59,013 nucleotides of DNA from NCBI GenBank assembly GCA_045632465.1, contig JAZQWS010000180.1, positions 1 through 59,013 of the forward strand, read 5' to 3'. Shown in pieces: positions 36,855-46,851 of the stretch. The notes beneath the pieces were generated by a model that saw nothing but the letters and a program-made list of their open reading frames with translations, made no database searches and had not been told where the DNA came from. The DNA is from Eubacteriales bacterium (lineage in GTDB: Bacteria; Bacillota; Clostridia; Oscillospirales; CAG-272). Numbering within the stretch: position 1 is the first letter of the stretch; each line of letters starts with the position of its first letter. Both the position numbers and the translations under genes were made by a program.

Positions 36855-37994
36855 TTACAGCTTACTCAAAACGTACGCCGCATATTCCTTGCAGGTAGCG
36901 CCGTCACGGTCACCCGTTACGACAACCTTTCCTTCGCTTTCGCACTCTGCGATCGCCTTTGCAAGACGGTCGGCCGCCGCGCCTCTTCCGATATGGCGCA
37001 GAAGCATTTCGACAGCGCGAAGAATGCTCGAGGGATTTGCATACTCGGCAATGCCCTCCTCCACCATGCGGGGCGCAGAGCCGTGGATCGCCTCAAACAT
37101 CGCGTACTGATCGCCAATATTCGCGCTTCCCGCCGTGCCAACGCCACCCTGGATCTGCGCGGCCTCATCCGTGATGATATCGCCGTAAAGATTCGGAAGA
37201 ACGAACACTTCAAAGCGGGAGCGGATCTTCTCGTTCACCAGGTTGGCGCTCATGATATCGATATACCAATCCTCCGCCGTGATGCCGGGATATTCGGCGG
37301 CGATCTCGTTGCAGATGCGAGAGAAATTGCCGTCCGTTTTCTTCATGATATTCGCCTTGGTGACGATGGAAACGTTGGTTTTTCCGTTGTTTTTCGCGTA
37401 TTCAAAGGCGGCGCGCGCGATGCGGCGCGTTCCCGCCTCGGTGGTTACCTTGAAATCCATGGAAAGCAGGTCCGGGATCTCAATGCCCGAAGAGCCGAGC
37501 ACGTACTCGCCCTCGGTGTTCTCGCGGTAGAAGATCCAATCAATTCCAAGCTCGGGAACGCAGACGGGGCGCACGTTGGCATAAAGATCCAGCTCACGGC
37601 GAAGCGAAACGTTTGCGCTCTCCATCGTTCCGCCCTTGGGCGTTGTCGTCGGGCCCTTCAGAAGCACGTCGCAGGCACGGATCTCGGAAAGAACGTCCGA
37701 GGGAATGCTCTCGCCCTTGGCAAGGCGATTCTCGATCGTGAGCCCCTCGATATTTTTGAGAAGTACCTCTCCTGCGGCGATCTCCTTTTCAAGAAGCTTT
37801 GCCAGCACCGCGGCCGCCTCGCGCACGATGATCGGGCCAATGCCGTCTCCGCCAACGATACCGATCACCAGCGGTTTTTTCGAAAGAAGATCCTTGGGAG
37901 CGGGCGCATTTTCCATTGCCTCCGCTCTTTTCACCTGCGAAAGAAGCAGATTTCTGAAGGCTTCTGTTGCTTTATCTATATCCTTGATATTCAT
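36855..37994 (-). CDS. icd: isocitrate dehydrogenase (isocitrate/isopropylmalate dehydrogenase family)
   Basis: 'NLYGDIITDEAAQIQGGVGTAGSANIG', 'YRENTEGEY' and 'GSAP'. Its placement downstream of aconitase and citrate synthase favours IDH over IPMDH. Confidence 0.82.
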   Translation of the reverse strand: MNIKDIDKATEAFRNLLLSQVKRAEAMENAPAPKDLLSKKPLVIGIVGGDGIGPIIVREAAAVLAKLLEKEIAAGEVLLKNIEGLTIENRLAKGESIPSDVLSEIRACDVLLKGPTTTPKGGTMESANVSLRRELDLYANVRPVCVPELGIDWIFYRENTEGEYVLGSSGIEIPDLLSMDFKVTTEAGTRRIARAAFEYAKNNGKTNVSIVTKANIMKKTDGNFSRICNEIAAEYPGITAEDWYIDIMSANLVNEKIRSRFEVFVLPNLYGDIITDEAAQIQGGVGTAGSANIGDQYAMFEAIHGSAPRMVEEGIAEYANPSSILRAVEMLLRHIGRGAAADRLAKAIAECESEGKVVVTGDRDGATCKEYAAYVLSKL

Positions 37995-38040
37995 AGAATT
38001 TCACTTCCGTTTCTTCAATTATGAAAACAATTGTTTGCTT

Positions 38041-39960
38041 TTATCCCTTGGTGTAGGCAAGAAGGCCGCCCGCCTTGAGGATATCCTTCTGGCGCTTCGT
38101 GAAGGAGCAGGTGAGGGTGATCTTATGTCCCTTATCGTCCGCCATCACCATTTCGCCCTTATCCATGCCTTCAAACACGCCACCAATCGAAAGGATCGAA
38201 TCCTGAGAAAGAAGCTCGTAATCCTCGGGATTTTTGAAGGTCAAGGGCAGGATGCCTGCATTGATGAGGTTGGCCGCATGGATACGCGCGAAGCTCTTTG
38301 CCACCACGGCGCGAACGCCGAGATAGAGCGGAACGAGCGCAGCATGCTCACGGGAAGAGCCCTGACCGTAGTTCACACCGCCAACCACTATGCCGTCTCC
38401 CGCCTTGAGGGCACGCTCAGCAAAGCTCTCGTCGCAAACGGCGAAGCAGAACTTGGAAAGATAGGGGATATTGGAGCGGTAAGGCAGGATCTTTGCGCCG
38501 GCGGGCATGATATGGTCGGTCGTGATATCATCACCAACCTTAAGAACGAGGCTTGCCTCCAGACGGTCCCCCTGAGGCTTGGCCTTCGGGAATTCCTTGA
38601 TGTTCGGGCCGCGAAGAACCTCTAATGCCTTCGCCTCCTCTGCGGGTGCAGGCGCAATCACGGCACTATCGTCGATCTTGAACGCCGCGGGCATTTCGAT
38701 TGCAGGCATTTCGCCAAGCAGGCGCGGATCGGTGATCTCGCCCGTCAGCGCGGCGGCAACCGCACACTCGGGAGAAACGAGATATACCTTTGCATCCTTC
38801 GTTCCGCTTCTTCCCTCGAAGTTACGGTTGAAGGTTCGCAGGCTCACGCCTGCGGAATTGGGCGAAAAGCCCATGCCGATGCAAGGACCGCAAGCGCATT
38901 CAAGCACGCGCGCACCTGCGGCGAGCATATCCGAAAGCGCACCGCACTCAGCCAGCATTGAAAGCACCTGCTTCGATCCGGGGGAAATCGAGAGGCTGAC
39001 GCTGTCCTTGATGGTTTTTCCCTTCAGAAGTGCGGCAACCTTCAGCATATCCTGCAAGGAGGAGTTCGTGCAAGAGCCGATGCAGACCTGATCCACCTTG
39101 GTTCCCTTCAAAGTGGAAACCTTTACCACGTTATCGGGCATATGGGGCTTTGCGATCAGGGGCTCAAGAGAAGAAAGATCGATATCGATCACGCGATCGT
39201 ATACCGCATCGGGATCGGAAGAAAGCGGAACGTAATCCGCTTCTCTGCCCTCGGCGGCAAGGAAGGCTCTGGTGGTTTCATCCGAGGGGAAGATCGAGGT
39301 GGTGGCGCCAAGCTCGGTTCCCATATTGGTGATGGTGGCACGCTCGGGAACAGAAAGCGTTTTCACACCCTCGCCGCCCCATTCGATAATTGAGCCAACA
39401 CCGCCCTTCACGGAAAGAATGCGGAGAATTTCAAGGCTGACGTCCTTCGCGGTGACGAATGGATTCAGCTTACCCGTCAGATTCACGCGGATCATTTTCG
39501 GCATCGTGATGTAATACGCGCCGCCGCCCATGGCAACCGCAACGTCGAGTCCGCCCGCGCCGAAGGCAAGCATACCGATGCCGCCGCCCGTGGGGGTATG
39601 GCTATCCGATCCGATCAGCGTTTTGCCGGGAATGCCGAAGCGCTCCAGATGCACCTGATGGCAGATGCCGTTTCCGGGGCGGGAGAAATAGATGCCGTGC
39701 TTTTTCGCAACCGACTGTATGTATCTGTGGTCATCGGCGTTTTCAAAGCCGGACTGCAGAGTGTTGTGATCGATGTATGCAACACTCTTTTCGGTGCGCA
39801 CGCGATCGATGCCGATGGTTTCGAATTCAAGATACGCCATCGTTCCCGTGGCGTCCTGCGTTAACGTCTGGTCAATACGGAGCGCGATTTCCTCGCCAAC
39901 CTTCATTTCGCCGGAAACGAGATGCGCCTTGATAATCTTTTGTGCGATGGTAAGTCCCAT
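38041..39960 (-). CDS. acn: aconitate hydratase
   Basis: 'DQTLTQDATGTMA', 'GSDSHTPTGG', 'IGSCTNSS', 'CGPCIGMG' (Fe-S ligands) and a swivel domain 'GGVNYGQGSSREHAA'. Confidence 0.92.
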   Translation of the reverse strand: MGLTIAQKIIKAHLVSGEMKVGEEIALRIDQTLTQDATGTMAYLEFETIGIDRVRTEKSVAYIDHNTLQSGFENADDHRYIQSVAKKHGIYFSRPGNGICHQVHLERFGIPGKTLIGSDSHTPTGGGIGMLAFGAGGLDVAVAMGGGAYYITMPKMIRVNLTGKLNPFVTAKDVSLEILRILSVKGGVGSIIEWGGEGVKTLSVPERATITNMGTELGATTSIFPSDETTRAFLAAEGREADYVPLSSDPDAVYDRVIDIDLSSLEPLIAKPHMPDNVVKVSTLKGTKVDQVCIGSCTNSSLQDMLKVAALLKGKTIKDSVSLSISPGSKQVLSMLAECGALSDMLAAGARVLECACGPCIGMGFSPNSAGVSLRTFNRNFEGRSGTKDAKVYLVSPECAVAAALTGEITDPRLLGEMPAIEMPAAFKIDDSAVIAPAPAEEAKALEVLRGPNIKEFPKAKPQGDRLEASLVLKVGDDITTDHIMPAGAKILPYRSNIPYLSKFCFAVCDESFAERALKAGDGIVVGGVNYGQGSSREHAALVPLYLGVRAVVAKSFARIHAANLINAGILPLTFKNPEDYELLSQDSILSIGGVFEGMDKGEMVMADDKGHKITLTCSFTKRQKDILKAGGLLAYTKG

Positions 39961-39972
39961 TTTTTCTCTTCC

Positions 39973-40605
39973 TCACTTTACGATATGCTTCTTTGCGTTT
40001 TCCACGTGTGCGCGCATAGCGGCTGCGGCGGCTTCGGAATCTCTCTTTTCGATTGCGGAAAGAATCGCGTTATGCTCCGCCATGGATTTATCGGCGCGGC
40101 TCTCGTTTTCCACCGAGGCCTTTCTGAACTTCTGCACCTTCTTATGCAGAGGCAGAAGCGTATCGTAAAAAACGGTGCTGTGGCTGGCTTGATAAAGAAT
40201 TTCATGGAAGCGCGAATCCATATACTTGATACGGTCGGAATCGTGGCGGCCAACGTAATACTGCTGAAGCTCAACGGCCTCGCGAAGCTCCTTGATCTCA
40301 TCCTCCGTGGCAACGAGAGCGGCACGGGCGGCCACCATCGGCTCAACCTCCAGGCGCATTGCGTAGATATCCGCAAGGTCCTCTGCCGTGACGCCGAGAA
40401 CGAGGATGCCGCGCGAGGAAATCTCGATCACGTGCTCCTGCTCCAGGCGGCGAAGCGCCTCGCGAATGGGCGTTCTCGAAACGCCGAGATCCTCAACGAG
40501 GGCAAGCTCGGTCAGGTACTGTCCTCTTGTGTACTTTCCGAGAAGAATATCGCTTTCAAGTCTTTCAAAAACCTGGTCTGCCAGGGATACTGTTTTATGA
40601 TTCAT
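39973..40605 (-). CDS. GntR-family (FadR/FCD-type) transcriptional regulator
   Basis: wHTH 'ELALVEDLGVSRTPIREALRRLEQEHVI' plus a helical FCD-like C-terminus. It is embedded between the citrate synthase and aconitase genes. Confidence 0.88.
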   Translation of the reverse strand: MNHKTVSLADQVFERLESDILLGKYTRGQYLTELALVEDLGVSRTPIREALRRLEQEHVIEISSRGILVLGVTAEDLADIYAMRLEVEPMVAARAALVATEDEIKELREAVELQQYYVGRHDSDRIKYMDSRFHEILYQASHSTVFYDTLLPLHKKVQKFRKASVENESRADKSMAEHNAILSAIEKRDSEAAAAAMRAHVENAKKHIVK

Positions 40606-40623
40606 TTTTACATTCCCCTTTCA

Positions 40624-42000
40624 TTAAAGTCGACGCAGGCGGCCGCCCGAGAGAATTTCGATCTTCTCCTCAAGCTCGCCCGTGGAAAGGCTGGTTTGTC
40701 TGCCGTCCTCGTATTCCTTGTCGATCCACTCCTTGAGCGCGATCACGACGTCGCTCTTCTTCGTCAGCGCCTCGGATGCGGAAAGCTGATAGTTATTGTT
40801 GATCCAATACGCGATGCCCGCAAGGCCGGATGCCTTTCCGATCATAACGGAGGGCTTCTTGGCGAGGAGCTTCTCGGTATCAAAGATATTGTAGATCTCC
40901 TCGTCCTTCATAAGGCCGTCTGCATGGATACCCGCGCGGGTAACGTTGAAGTTTTTGCCAACGAAGGGCGTCATCACGGGGATCTCGTATCCCATCTCGT
41001 TTTTGAAGTAATCTGCGATCTCGGTGATGGCAGTGGTATCCATACCGTCGAGCGAGCCGCGAAGCGATGCATACTCGAATACCATGGCCTCAAGGGGCGT
41101 GTTACCCGTTCTCTCGCCGATGCCGAGCATCGAGCAGTTGACGGCAGATGCACCGTAGAGCCATGCGGTGGAGGCGTTTGCAACCGCCTTATAGAAATCG
41201 TTATGTCCGTGCCATTCCAGCATCTCGCTCGGAACGTCCGAATAATGCTGAAGACCGTAAATGATACCCGCAACGCTTCGGGGCAGAGCTACCTCTGTAT
41301 AAGGAACGCCGTATCCCATCGTGTCACAAACACGGATCTTCACGGGGATGCCCGCATCCTGCGACATTTTCATCAGCTCATTGACAAAGGGAACAACGAA
41401 GCCGTAGAAGTCTGCTCTGGTGATGTCCTCCAGATGGCATCGCGGCATAACGCCCGCCTCAAAGGCCTCGGCCACCGTTTGCAGATAATAATTCATGCAC
41501 TCGCTGCGCGTCATCTTCATTTTCTTAAAGATATGATAGTCGCTCGAGGAAACGAGAATACCCGTTTCGCGGATGCCGAGATCGCGCACAAGCTTGAAGT
41601 CCTCCTTGCTGGCGCGGATCCAGGTTGTGATCTCCGGGAAGCGAAGGCCAAGCTCCTGGCAACGGCGGATGGCCTCTCTGTCCTTCTCGCTGTAAACGAA
41701 AAACTCGGTCTGGCGGATGATGCCGTACGGGCCGCCGAGCTTGGAAAGAAGCTTATAAAGATGAACGATCTGATCCACCGTGTAAGGCTCAACGGACTGC
41801 TGACCGTCACGGAAGGAGGTATCGGTGATCCAGATATCCTCGGGCATTCCCATGGGAACACGGCGATGGTTGAAGGCTACCTTCGGCACGCCGCTATACG
41901 GATAGATCTCGCGGTAAAGATTGGGCTCGGCAACGTCCTGAAGCGAATATTTATAGGTTTTTTGCTCCAAGAGGTTGGTTTTGGATGAGATTTCAAGCAT
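40624..42000 (-). CDS. Re-face citrate synthase (homocitrate/isopropylmalate synthase family)
   Basis: HMGL-like barrel motifs 'ITDTSFRDGQQS', 'HGHNDFYKAVANA' and 'GIGERTGNTPLE'. About 458 aa. It is the first gene of an operon with aconitase and IDH. Confidence 0.72.
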   Translation of the reverse strand: MLEISSKTNLLEQKTYKYSLQDVAEPNLYREIYPYSGVPKVAFNHRRVPMGMPEDIWITDTSFRDGQQSVEPYTVDQIVHLYKLLSKLGGPYGIIRQTEFFVYSEKDREAIRRCQELGLRFPEITTWIRASKEDFKLVRDLGIRETGILVSSSDYHIFKKMKMTRSECMNYYLQTVAEAFEAGVMPRCHLEDITRADFYGFVVPFVNELMKMSQDAGIPVKIRVCDTMGYGVPYTEVALPRSVAGIIYGLQHYSDVPSEMLEWHGHNDFYKAVANASTAWLYGASAVNCSMLGIGERTGNTPLEAMVFEYASLRGSLDGMDTTAITEIADYFKNEMGYEIPVMTPFVGKNFNVTRAGIHADGLMKDEEIYNIFDTEKLLAKKPSVMIGKASGLAGIAYWINNNYQLSASEALTKKSDVVIALKEWIDKEYEDGRQTSLSTGELEEKIEILSGGRLRRL

Positions 42001-42023
42001 AGGAAAATCCTCTCTTTTGTATT

Positions 42024-42035
42024 ATTGTATACAAT
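42024..42035. promoter_or_regulatory. perfect 12-bp palindrome, candidate GntR operator
   Basis: ATTGTATACAAT. It overlaps the -10/TSS region of the operon promoter. Confidence 0.5.
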
Positions 42036-42062
42036 TATACACGAATACTTGCATTCTGTCAA
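42034..42062 (-). promoter_or_regulatory. consensus sigA promoter of the citrate synthase operon
   Basis: On the minus strand: TTGACA (42062-42057), 17-nt spacer, TATAAT (42039-42034). Confidence 0.65.
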
Positions 42063-42225
42063 GAGGGTGTAAAAATATTTTATTTCTTTTCGTCTCTGTG
42101 CGCGCCCAATTCGGCGTTTATTTCATAAAATATAAGTAGGGGCGCATTTTTTCGGCTTACAGGGCGCTCCCGAATACGCATTTTTCGGCGCGAGGCAAGA
42201 GTGCATCGCGCCACGGAGCATAATT

Positions 42226-42975
42226 ATGACGGTTTTTACCTATGACACGGATGCGCGGATCGCCGCCGCCAAGGCGGCCTTAGAGGGCGAAGGATGGGAG
42301 GCGCTTCGCATCCATCTTCTCCCGATCCCGACCAAAGGACTTTTAGGGAACAAGACAGCTTGCGAGGCCTTTCTTTCCAAAGCGAAGGCGGGGGATCTCG
42401 TTTTCGGCTACGGCTTCCCTCCGGCACTTACCGAGATCCTGCGCGCAAGAGGCGCGCTCGTTCTGGACGTGGAAAAGGACGAGGCCTTTATTGAAGAAAA
42501 CGCAGAGCTGACCGCAGAGGTGACGATGGGCTATCTGCTTTCCGACCCACGTGCCCCCCGCGATCTCAGAGTTGGGATCATCGGCTATGGGCGCATCGGG
42601 CGCGCGCTTTGCCGCATGCTTCTCTTTTTCGGCGCGAGGGTTCGCATTTTCACCGAGCGCGACTACGTTCGCACGGGACTGGGCGCGGCAGGCATTGAAA
42701 GCCGCGCTATCCGATACGAGGTCGGAGCGGCGGCGGATCTTTCCGGGCTGGATATTCTCATTCAGACCGCGCCCGCCAAAATTTTCATCAAGGAAAACGC
42801 GCCGCCCTGCCCGCTTTGGAATCTGGCGGCCGCCTCCTACATTGGCGAGGGCGTGGCGGTGCGCCAGCTTTCCGCTCTGCCCGCAAGGGTGGCTTACGAA
42901 AGCGGCGGCCGCGCGCTGGCGCGCGCTGTTTTGCGCGGCATCGAGAACGCAAAAACACAAGCAACGAAAGGATAA
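42226..42975 (+). CDS. dpaA: dipicolinate synthase subunit A
   Basis: Rossmann motif 'VGIIGYGRIGRAL'. About 250 aa. It lies immediately upstream of dpaB. Confidence 0.78.
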   Translation: MTVFTYDTDARIAAAKAALEGEGWEALRIHLLPIPTKGLLGNKTACEAFLSKAKAGDLVFGYGFPPALTEILRARGALVLDVEKDEAFIEENAELTAEVTMGYLLSDPRAPRDLRVGIIGYGRIGRALCRMLLFFGARVRIFTERDYVRTGLGAAGIESRAIRYEVGAAADLSGLDILIQTAPAKIFIKENAPPCPLWNLAAASYIGEGVAVRQLSALPARVAYESGGRALARAVLRGIENAKTQATKG

Positions 42976-42979
42976 ATCC

Positions 42980-43540
42980 ATGATAGGATATGCATTTTGC
43001 GGCTCCTTCTGCACCATGAGGCAATCAATGGAACAGATGTCCGCGCTCATCCGACAGGGCGCACAGGTGCAAGCGATCATGAGCGAGCACGTTTACTCGA
43101 TGGACACGCGCTTTGGAAGAGCGGCGGATTTTCGCGCCGAGGCCGAGCGCCTCACGGGACGCCCCGTGATCGCCTCCATCGTGGATGCCGAGCCGCTCGG
43201 ACCAAAAATACCGCTGGAGGCGCTGATCCTTGCCCCCTGCACAGGCAACACGCTCGCAAAGATCGCGCACGGAATTACAGACACCACCGTTACCATGGCG
43301 GCCAAGGCGCATCTGCGATGCGATCGCCCGACCGTGATCGCGCTTGCCTCCAACGATTCGCTCTCGCAAAACCTCTCCAACATTGCAACCCTACTCCTGC
43401 GCAAGCGCGTTTATTTCGTTCCCTTGAAGCAGGACGATCCGAAAAGCAAGCCGCACTCGCTCGTTGCGGATTTTTCGCGCATCCCCGAGGCGCTTGCCGC
43501 CGCGCTGGAGGAAAAGCAGCTTCGCCCGCTTTTTGAATAA
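42980..43540 (+). CDS. dpaB: dipicolinate synthase subunit B (flavoprotein)
   Basis: Start 'MIGYAFCGSFCT', then 'LAPCTGNTLAKIAHGITDT'. AAAGGA SD. The track's N-terminal extension overlaps dpaA. Confidence 0.88.
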   Translation: MIGYAFCGSFCTMRQSMEQMSALIRQGAQVQAIMSEHVYSMDTRFGRAADFRAEAERLTGRPVIASIVDAEPLGPKIPLEALILAPCTGNTLAKIAHGITDTTVTMAAKAHLRCDRPTVIALASNDSLSQNLSNIATLLLRKRVYFVPLKQDDPKSKPHSLVADFSRIPEALAAALEEKQLRPLFE

Positions 43541-43545
43541 AATCA

Positions 43546-43576
43546 GGCTCGCAAGGTGCAGATGACCTTGCGAGCC
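43546..43576. terminator. hairpin terminator between convergent dpaB and ABC permease genes
   Basis: GGCTCGCAAGGT pairs with ACCTTGCGAGCC (12 bp). The T-run is good only on the minus strand. Confidence 0.65.
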
Positions 43577-43604
43577 ATTGTGAATTTTCCGCACCGCATC
43601 GGCA

Positions 43605-44438
43605 TTATCCCTTGACGGCGCCGGCCGTGATCCCCTCTATCACGTAGCGCTGGGCAAACAAATAAAATGCAAGGATCGGAAGGATGGCAAGGATAAGCAT
43701 GGCCATGAGGCCGCCGAGATCCACCGCGCCGAACGCGCCCTGCATGGCAAGCTCGATGGCAACGGGAATGGTTTTCAAGCGGTTGCCGAGAACGAGATAC
43801 GGAAGAAGATAATCGTTCCATATCCACATGCCGTTCAGGATCGCAACAGTGATCGCCGTTGGCGCAAGGAGAGGGAGTACCACGCGGAAGAAGAGCGAAA
43901 AAACGCCGGCGCCGTCGATCTGCGCGGCCTCCTCCAGCTCGATCGGGAGGGATTTGATAAACGCCGTGTATAGAAAAATGGCAAGACCCGCGCCAAAGCC
44001 GAGATAGATGGGAATCATGCCAAGCACACTTGAAAGATGAACACGGTCAATCAGATAGGTCGCGGTGTACATAATCATAGGAAACGGAACGACCATGCTA
44101 AAAACGAAGGCGCCGTACAAAATGCGGCCGATGCGCCCCTCCACGCGCTGAAGAAACCAAGCGCACATGGCAGAGAAAAGCACAATGGCAAGCACCGAAA
44201 GCACCGTGATCACCACGGAGCGAAGGGCGGCCGAGAAAAATCCGACCGAGGAAAGCCCGCGGCGAAAATTTTCAAGCCCCACGAAATATTCTCCGAGCGG
44301 AAGCGCAAAGGGATCGGTAGAAATATAAAATTTCGACTTAAAGGCATTGATCACAACGAGGAAGATCGGAAACAAAAAGAGCGCAGAAAGAAGGACTAAA
44401 AGCGCATATACGCCAACATTTGTTTGCTTTTTTGTCAT
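43605..44438 (-). CDS. carbohydrate ABC transporter permease
   Basis: Six TM helices and an EAA loop 'ELEEAAQIDGAGVFSLFFRVVLP'. Confidence 0.88.
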   Translation of the reverse strand: MTKKQTNVGVYALLVLLSALFLFPIFLVVINAFKSKFYISTDPFALPLGEYFVGLENFRRGLSSVGFFSAALRSVVITVLSVLAIVLFSAMCAWFLQRVEGRIGRILYGAFVFSMVVPFPMIMYTATYLIDRVHLSSVLGMIPIYLGFGAGLAIFLYTAFIKSLPIELEEAAQIDGAGVFSLFFRVVLPLLAPTAITVAILNGMWIWNDYLLPYLVLGNRLKTIPVAIELAMQGAFGAVDLGGLMAMLILAILPILAFYLFAQRYVIEGITAGAVKG

Positions 44439-45283
44439 ATTTTTTCCTTTCGCTCGCGAGAGAAATAGAGTTGAAGCGCGCTGAGAGCCGCAACAACGAT
44501 AAAGAATAAAACGCCCTTCGCCTGCGCAACGCCTTGCCAGCCGATGCGCCCGTAAAAGGTTCGGAAGATATGCAGAGCCAGCATTTCCGTTTGCCGATTC
44601 GGCGCGCCCTGCGTTAAGGCAAGGTTCTGATCGAACATCTTAAAGGTATTCGTGAGGGTTAAAAACACGCAGACCGCGATGGAGGGGGCGATCTGCGGGA
44701 GCTTCACGAAGCGAAGGAGCTGAAACGGCGTTGCCCCATCGACGAGGGCGGCCTGCTCGGTTTCCTTAGGGATCGACATCAGGGCGGCGATATAGATCAC
44801 CATCATATAGCCCGAAAGCTGCCAGACAGACAAAAGCAGAAGCCCGAGAAATCCGAGAGAGGCAAAATAGGTGATATCCAGGCCGAAATAAGCAAGAATG
44901 CCGCCGAGCAAAAGATTCCATATATAGCCGAGAACGATGCCTCCGATCAGATTCGGAAGGAAGAAAACGCCGCGAAAAAGTGCCGTCATGCGAAGCTTTT
45001 TCGTTAAGAGGAGGGAAAGCGAGAGAGCCACGAAATTCACGGCAAGCACAACGCAAAGAGAGAGAAGCGCCGTGAAGCCAAGGGAGCGCAAAAATCCATC
45101 CCCCGGCGAGAAGGCGCGCAGATAATTCTCAAGACCAACAAAGGTGGCACTCTCCACGGTGGAAAACTCCGTGAAGGACAGAAAAATGCCCATCACGAAC
45201 GGAATGACGAATACGATGAGGAAGGATAAAAGCACGGGAAGAACGAAGATGGGAAAATACCGCTTCAGAGCGCCGCCTTTCAT
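44435..45283 (-). CDS. carbohydrate ABC transporter permease
   Basis: EAA loop 'EQAALVDGATPFQLLRFVKLP'. Overlaps the downstream permease start. Confidence 0.88.
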   Translation of the reverse strand: MKGGALKRYFPIFVLPVLLSFLIVFVIPFVMGIFLSFTEFSTVESATFVGLENYLRAFSPGDGFLRSLGFTALLSLCVVLAVNFVALSLSLLLTKKLRMTALFRGVFFLPNLIGGIVLGYIWNLLLGGILAYFGLDITYFASLGFLGLLLLSVWQLSGYMMVIYIAALMSIPKETEQAALVDGATPFQLLRFVKLPQIAPSIAVCVFLTLTNTFKMFDQNLALTQGAPNRQTEMLALHIFRTFYGRIGWQGVAQAKGVLFFIVVAALSALQLYFSRERKEKI

Positions 45284-45304
45284 TTTTTATCTCCTTATTT
45301 CGCT

Positions 45305-46636
45305 TTATTTATGCCCGCTCTCGCGCTTCCAGGCCTGCTTGGCATCCGAAACCACTTCGGCGAAGGTCTTTTTCCCCTGCGCATAGGCAAGAAGCGATGC
45401 ACCGAAATCCTCCTTGAAGCGCAAGGAAGGAATCACGCTGAAGCGCCAAGGGAGATTTTTCACGCTGTCCGACCGGATGAAGGCAAGCACCTCTCTGGCG
45501 AGAGGATCGTTTGGTACGTCGCCACTCGCAAAGGTATCGAAGGGCGCGATAAATCCAAGCTCCTCGGAAACAAATTTCTTTCCTTTTTCCGAAGAATAGA
45601 GCCAATAAAGGAAGGCCTCAGCCTCCGCCCTCTCCTCTGCCGAGGCCTTGGCATTGATGCAATAATAATTCTCCGTTCCGATACAGATGCCGGGCGCCTC
45701 TTCTCCCTCCGCTCCCGTATAAAGCGGGAGGAAAAAGACATCCTCGGCGCGCACCTTATTGCCTGCCTCGCCCGCGATCTGCGCATAGGCCCAGCTTCCG
45801 TTTTGCACCATGGCGCACTTTTCCAGCGCGAATTCCGCCATTGAATCGGCAACCGTTTTCGTTCCGAGCGCCGAGGGCGAAACGGTTGAATTTTCAAGAT
45901 AAAGATCAAAAAGCGCGCGGAATTTCTCGCTGTGCGTGAATTCAAAATCCGCAAAGCTTTCTGCCGCATCGATCTTTTTCTCTTCCATTTCATAAATCAG
46001 CGGGAGATTGAAAAGATGCGTTTGCCAGCGCCAATCCTCACCGCTTTTCAGGGATGTGGCGGCGAAAACGCCCTCAATGCCGAGCGCTTCCTTGTTTTTC
46101 TGCATATCCCGCACGATGGCGGCAAAGGATGCAAAATCCGCGATCTCATCGATCGAGGTATAAGAGGTTTCCTTGCTTGGCAGGGCGAAATATTTATCTA
46201 AAATGCGGCGGTTGCAGATGATGCCGTAGCCCTCCACAACGTAGGGAATGCCATACACCTTGCCATCCTTTTGGAGGGCGAGATCCTTATCCGAAAGGTG
46301 CGCATAAAGCCCGGTTTTGGAGAGATCCGAAAGATAATCCTTATAGGCCGCATAGCTCTGCGCGCCGTTGATCTGAAAGATCGTTGGCGCTTCGCGCGTT
46401 GGGAGCTTGGAAAGCAGGGTTTGCTCATAGGTGTTCGCGGCGGCGGTTTCCACGATCACGCGCACACCGGTTTCCTTCTCATATTCTTTTGCAATAGCTG
46501 TGTATTTTTCGGCCACCTCCGGCTTAAAATTCAGATATCGAACGGTAACGCCCTTCTCTCTGCCGCAGGAGGCAAGAGAAGAAAGCGAGCCGACGAAAAC
46601 AAGGGAGAGCAGAAAAAGCGAGACAATTCGTTTCAT
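45305..46636 (-). CDS. ABC transporter sugar-binding lipoprotein
   Basis: Signal peptide with lipobox 'LSSLASC'. Family-1 solute-binding size (443 aa). GAGGA SD. Confidence 0.82.
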   Translation of the reverse strand: MKRIVSLFLLSLVFVGSLSSLASCGREKGVTVRYLNFKPEVAEKYTAIAKEYEKETGVRVIVETAAANTYEQTLLSKLPTREAPTIFQINGAQSYAAYKDYLSDLSKTGLYAHLSDKDLALQKDGKVYGIPYVVEGYGIICNRRILDKYFALPSKETSYTSIDEIADFASFAAIVRDMQKNKEALGIEGVFAATSLKSGEDWRWQTHLFNLPLIYEMEEKKIDAAESFADFEFTHSEKFRALFDLYLENSTVSPSALGTKTVADSMAEFALEKCAMVQNGSWAYAQIAGEAGNKVRAEDVFFLPLYTGAEGEEAPGICIGTENYYCINAKASAEERAEAEAFLYWLYSSEKGKKFVSEELGFIAPFDTFASGDVPNDPLAREVLAFIRSDSVKNLPWRFSVIPSLRFKEDFGASLLAYAQGKKTFAEVVSDAKQAWKRESGHK

Positions 46637-46851
46637 AATTTATCCTCATATTTTTTTAAAGACGCGTTTTTTACAAAGAAACATTTTCATCTGTTTTAAA
46701 AAAGCACGCGCTTGATTTTTTTTGGACTTCGGCGGCTAAAGTATGCGCCGCCTCTGCCATTATTTTTTTCGCTTGCACAAAATTTATGCCTTCCCCTTTT
46801 TTCCATCCCGCGATTTTTGCGGTCACACTTTATTTAAAATATTTTCTTTAT

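Noticed and set aside
36993-38625. ORFs 36993..38024 (+) and 37636..38625 (+), opposite icd and acn
   Set aside because: They are antisense shadows of strongly recognisable dehydrogenase and aconitase genes.
39922-41988. 688-aa plus-strand ORF opposite the GntR and Re-citrate synthase genes
   Set aside because: It is an antisense shadow of genes with clear catalytic and HTH motifs, and it has no SD.
46727-46775. Orphan GC hairpin GGCGGC-taaagtatgc-GCCGCC followed at a distance by a T-run, in the ABC/rsuA intergenic region
   Set aside because: The T-run is about 9 nt away from the stem, and no gene ends nearby on the plus strand. This is probably fortuitous, or part of the leader of the minus-strand ABC operon.
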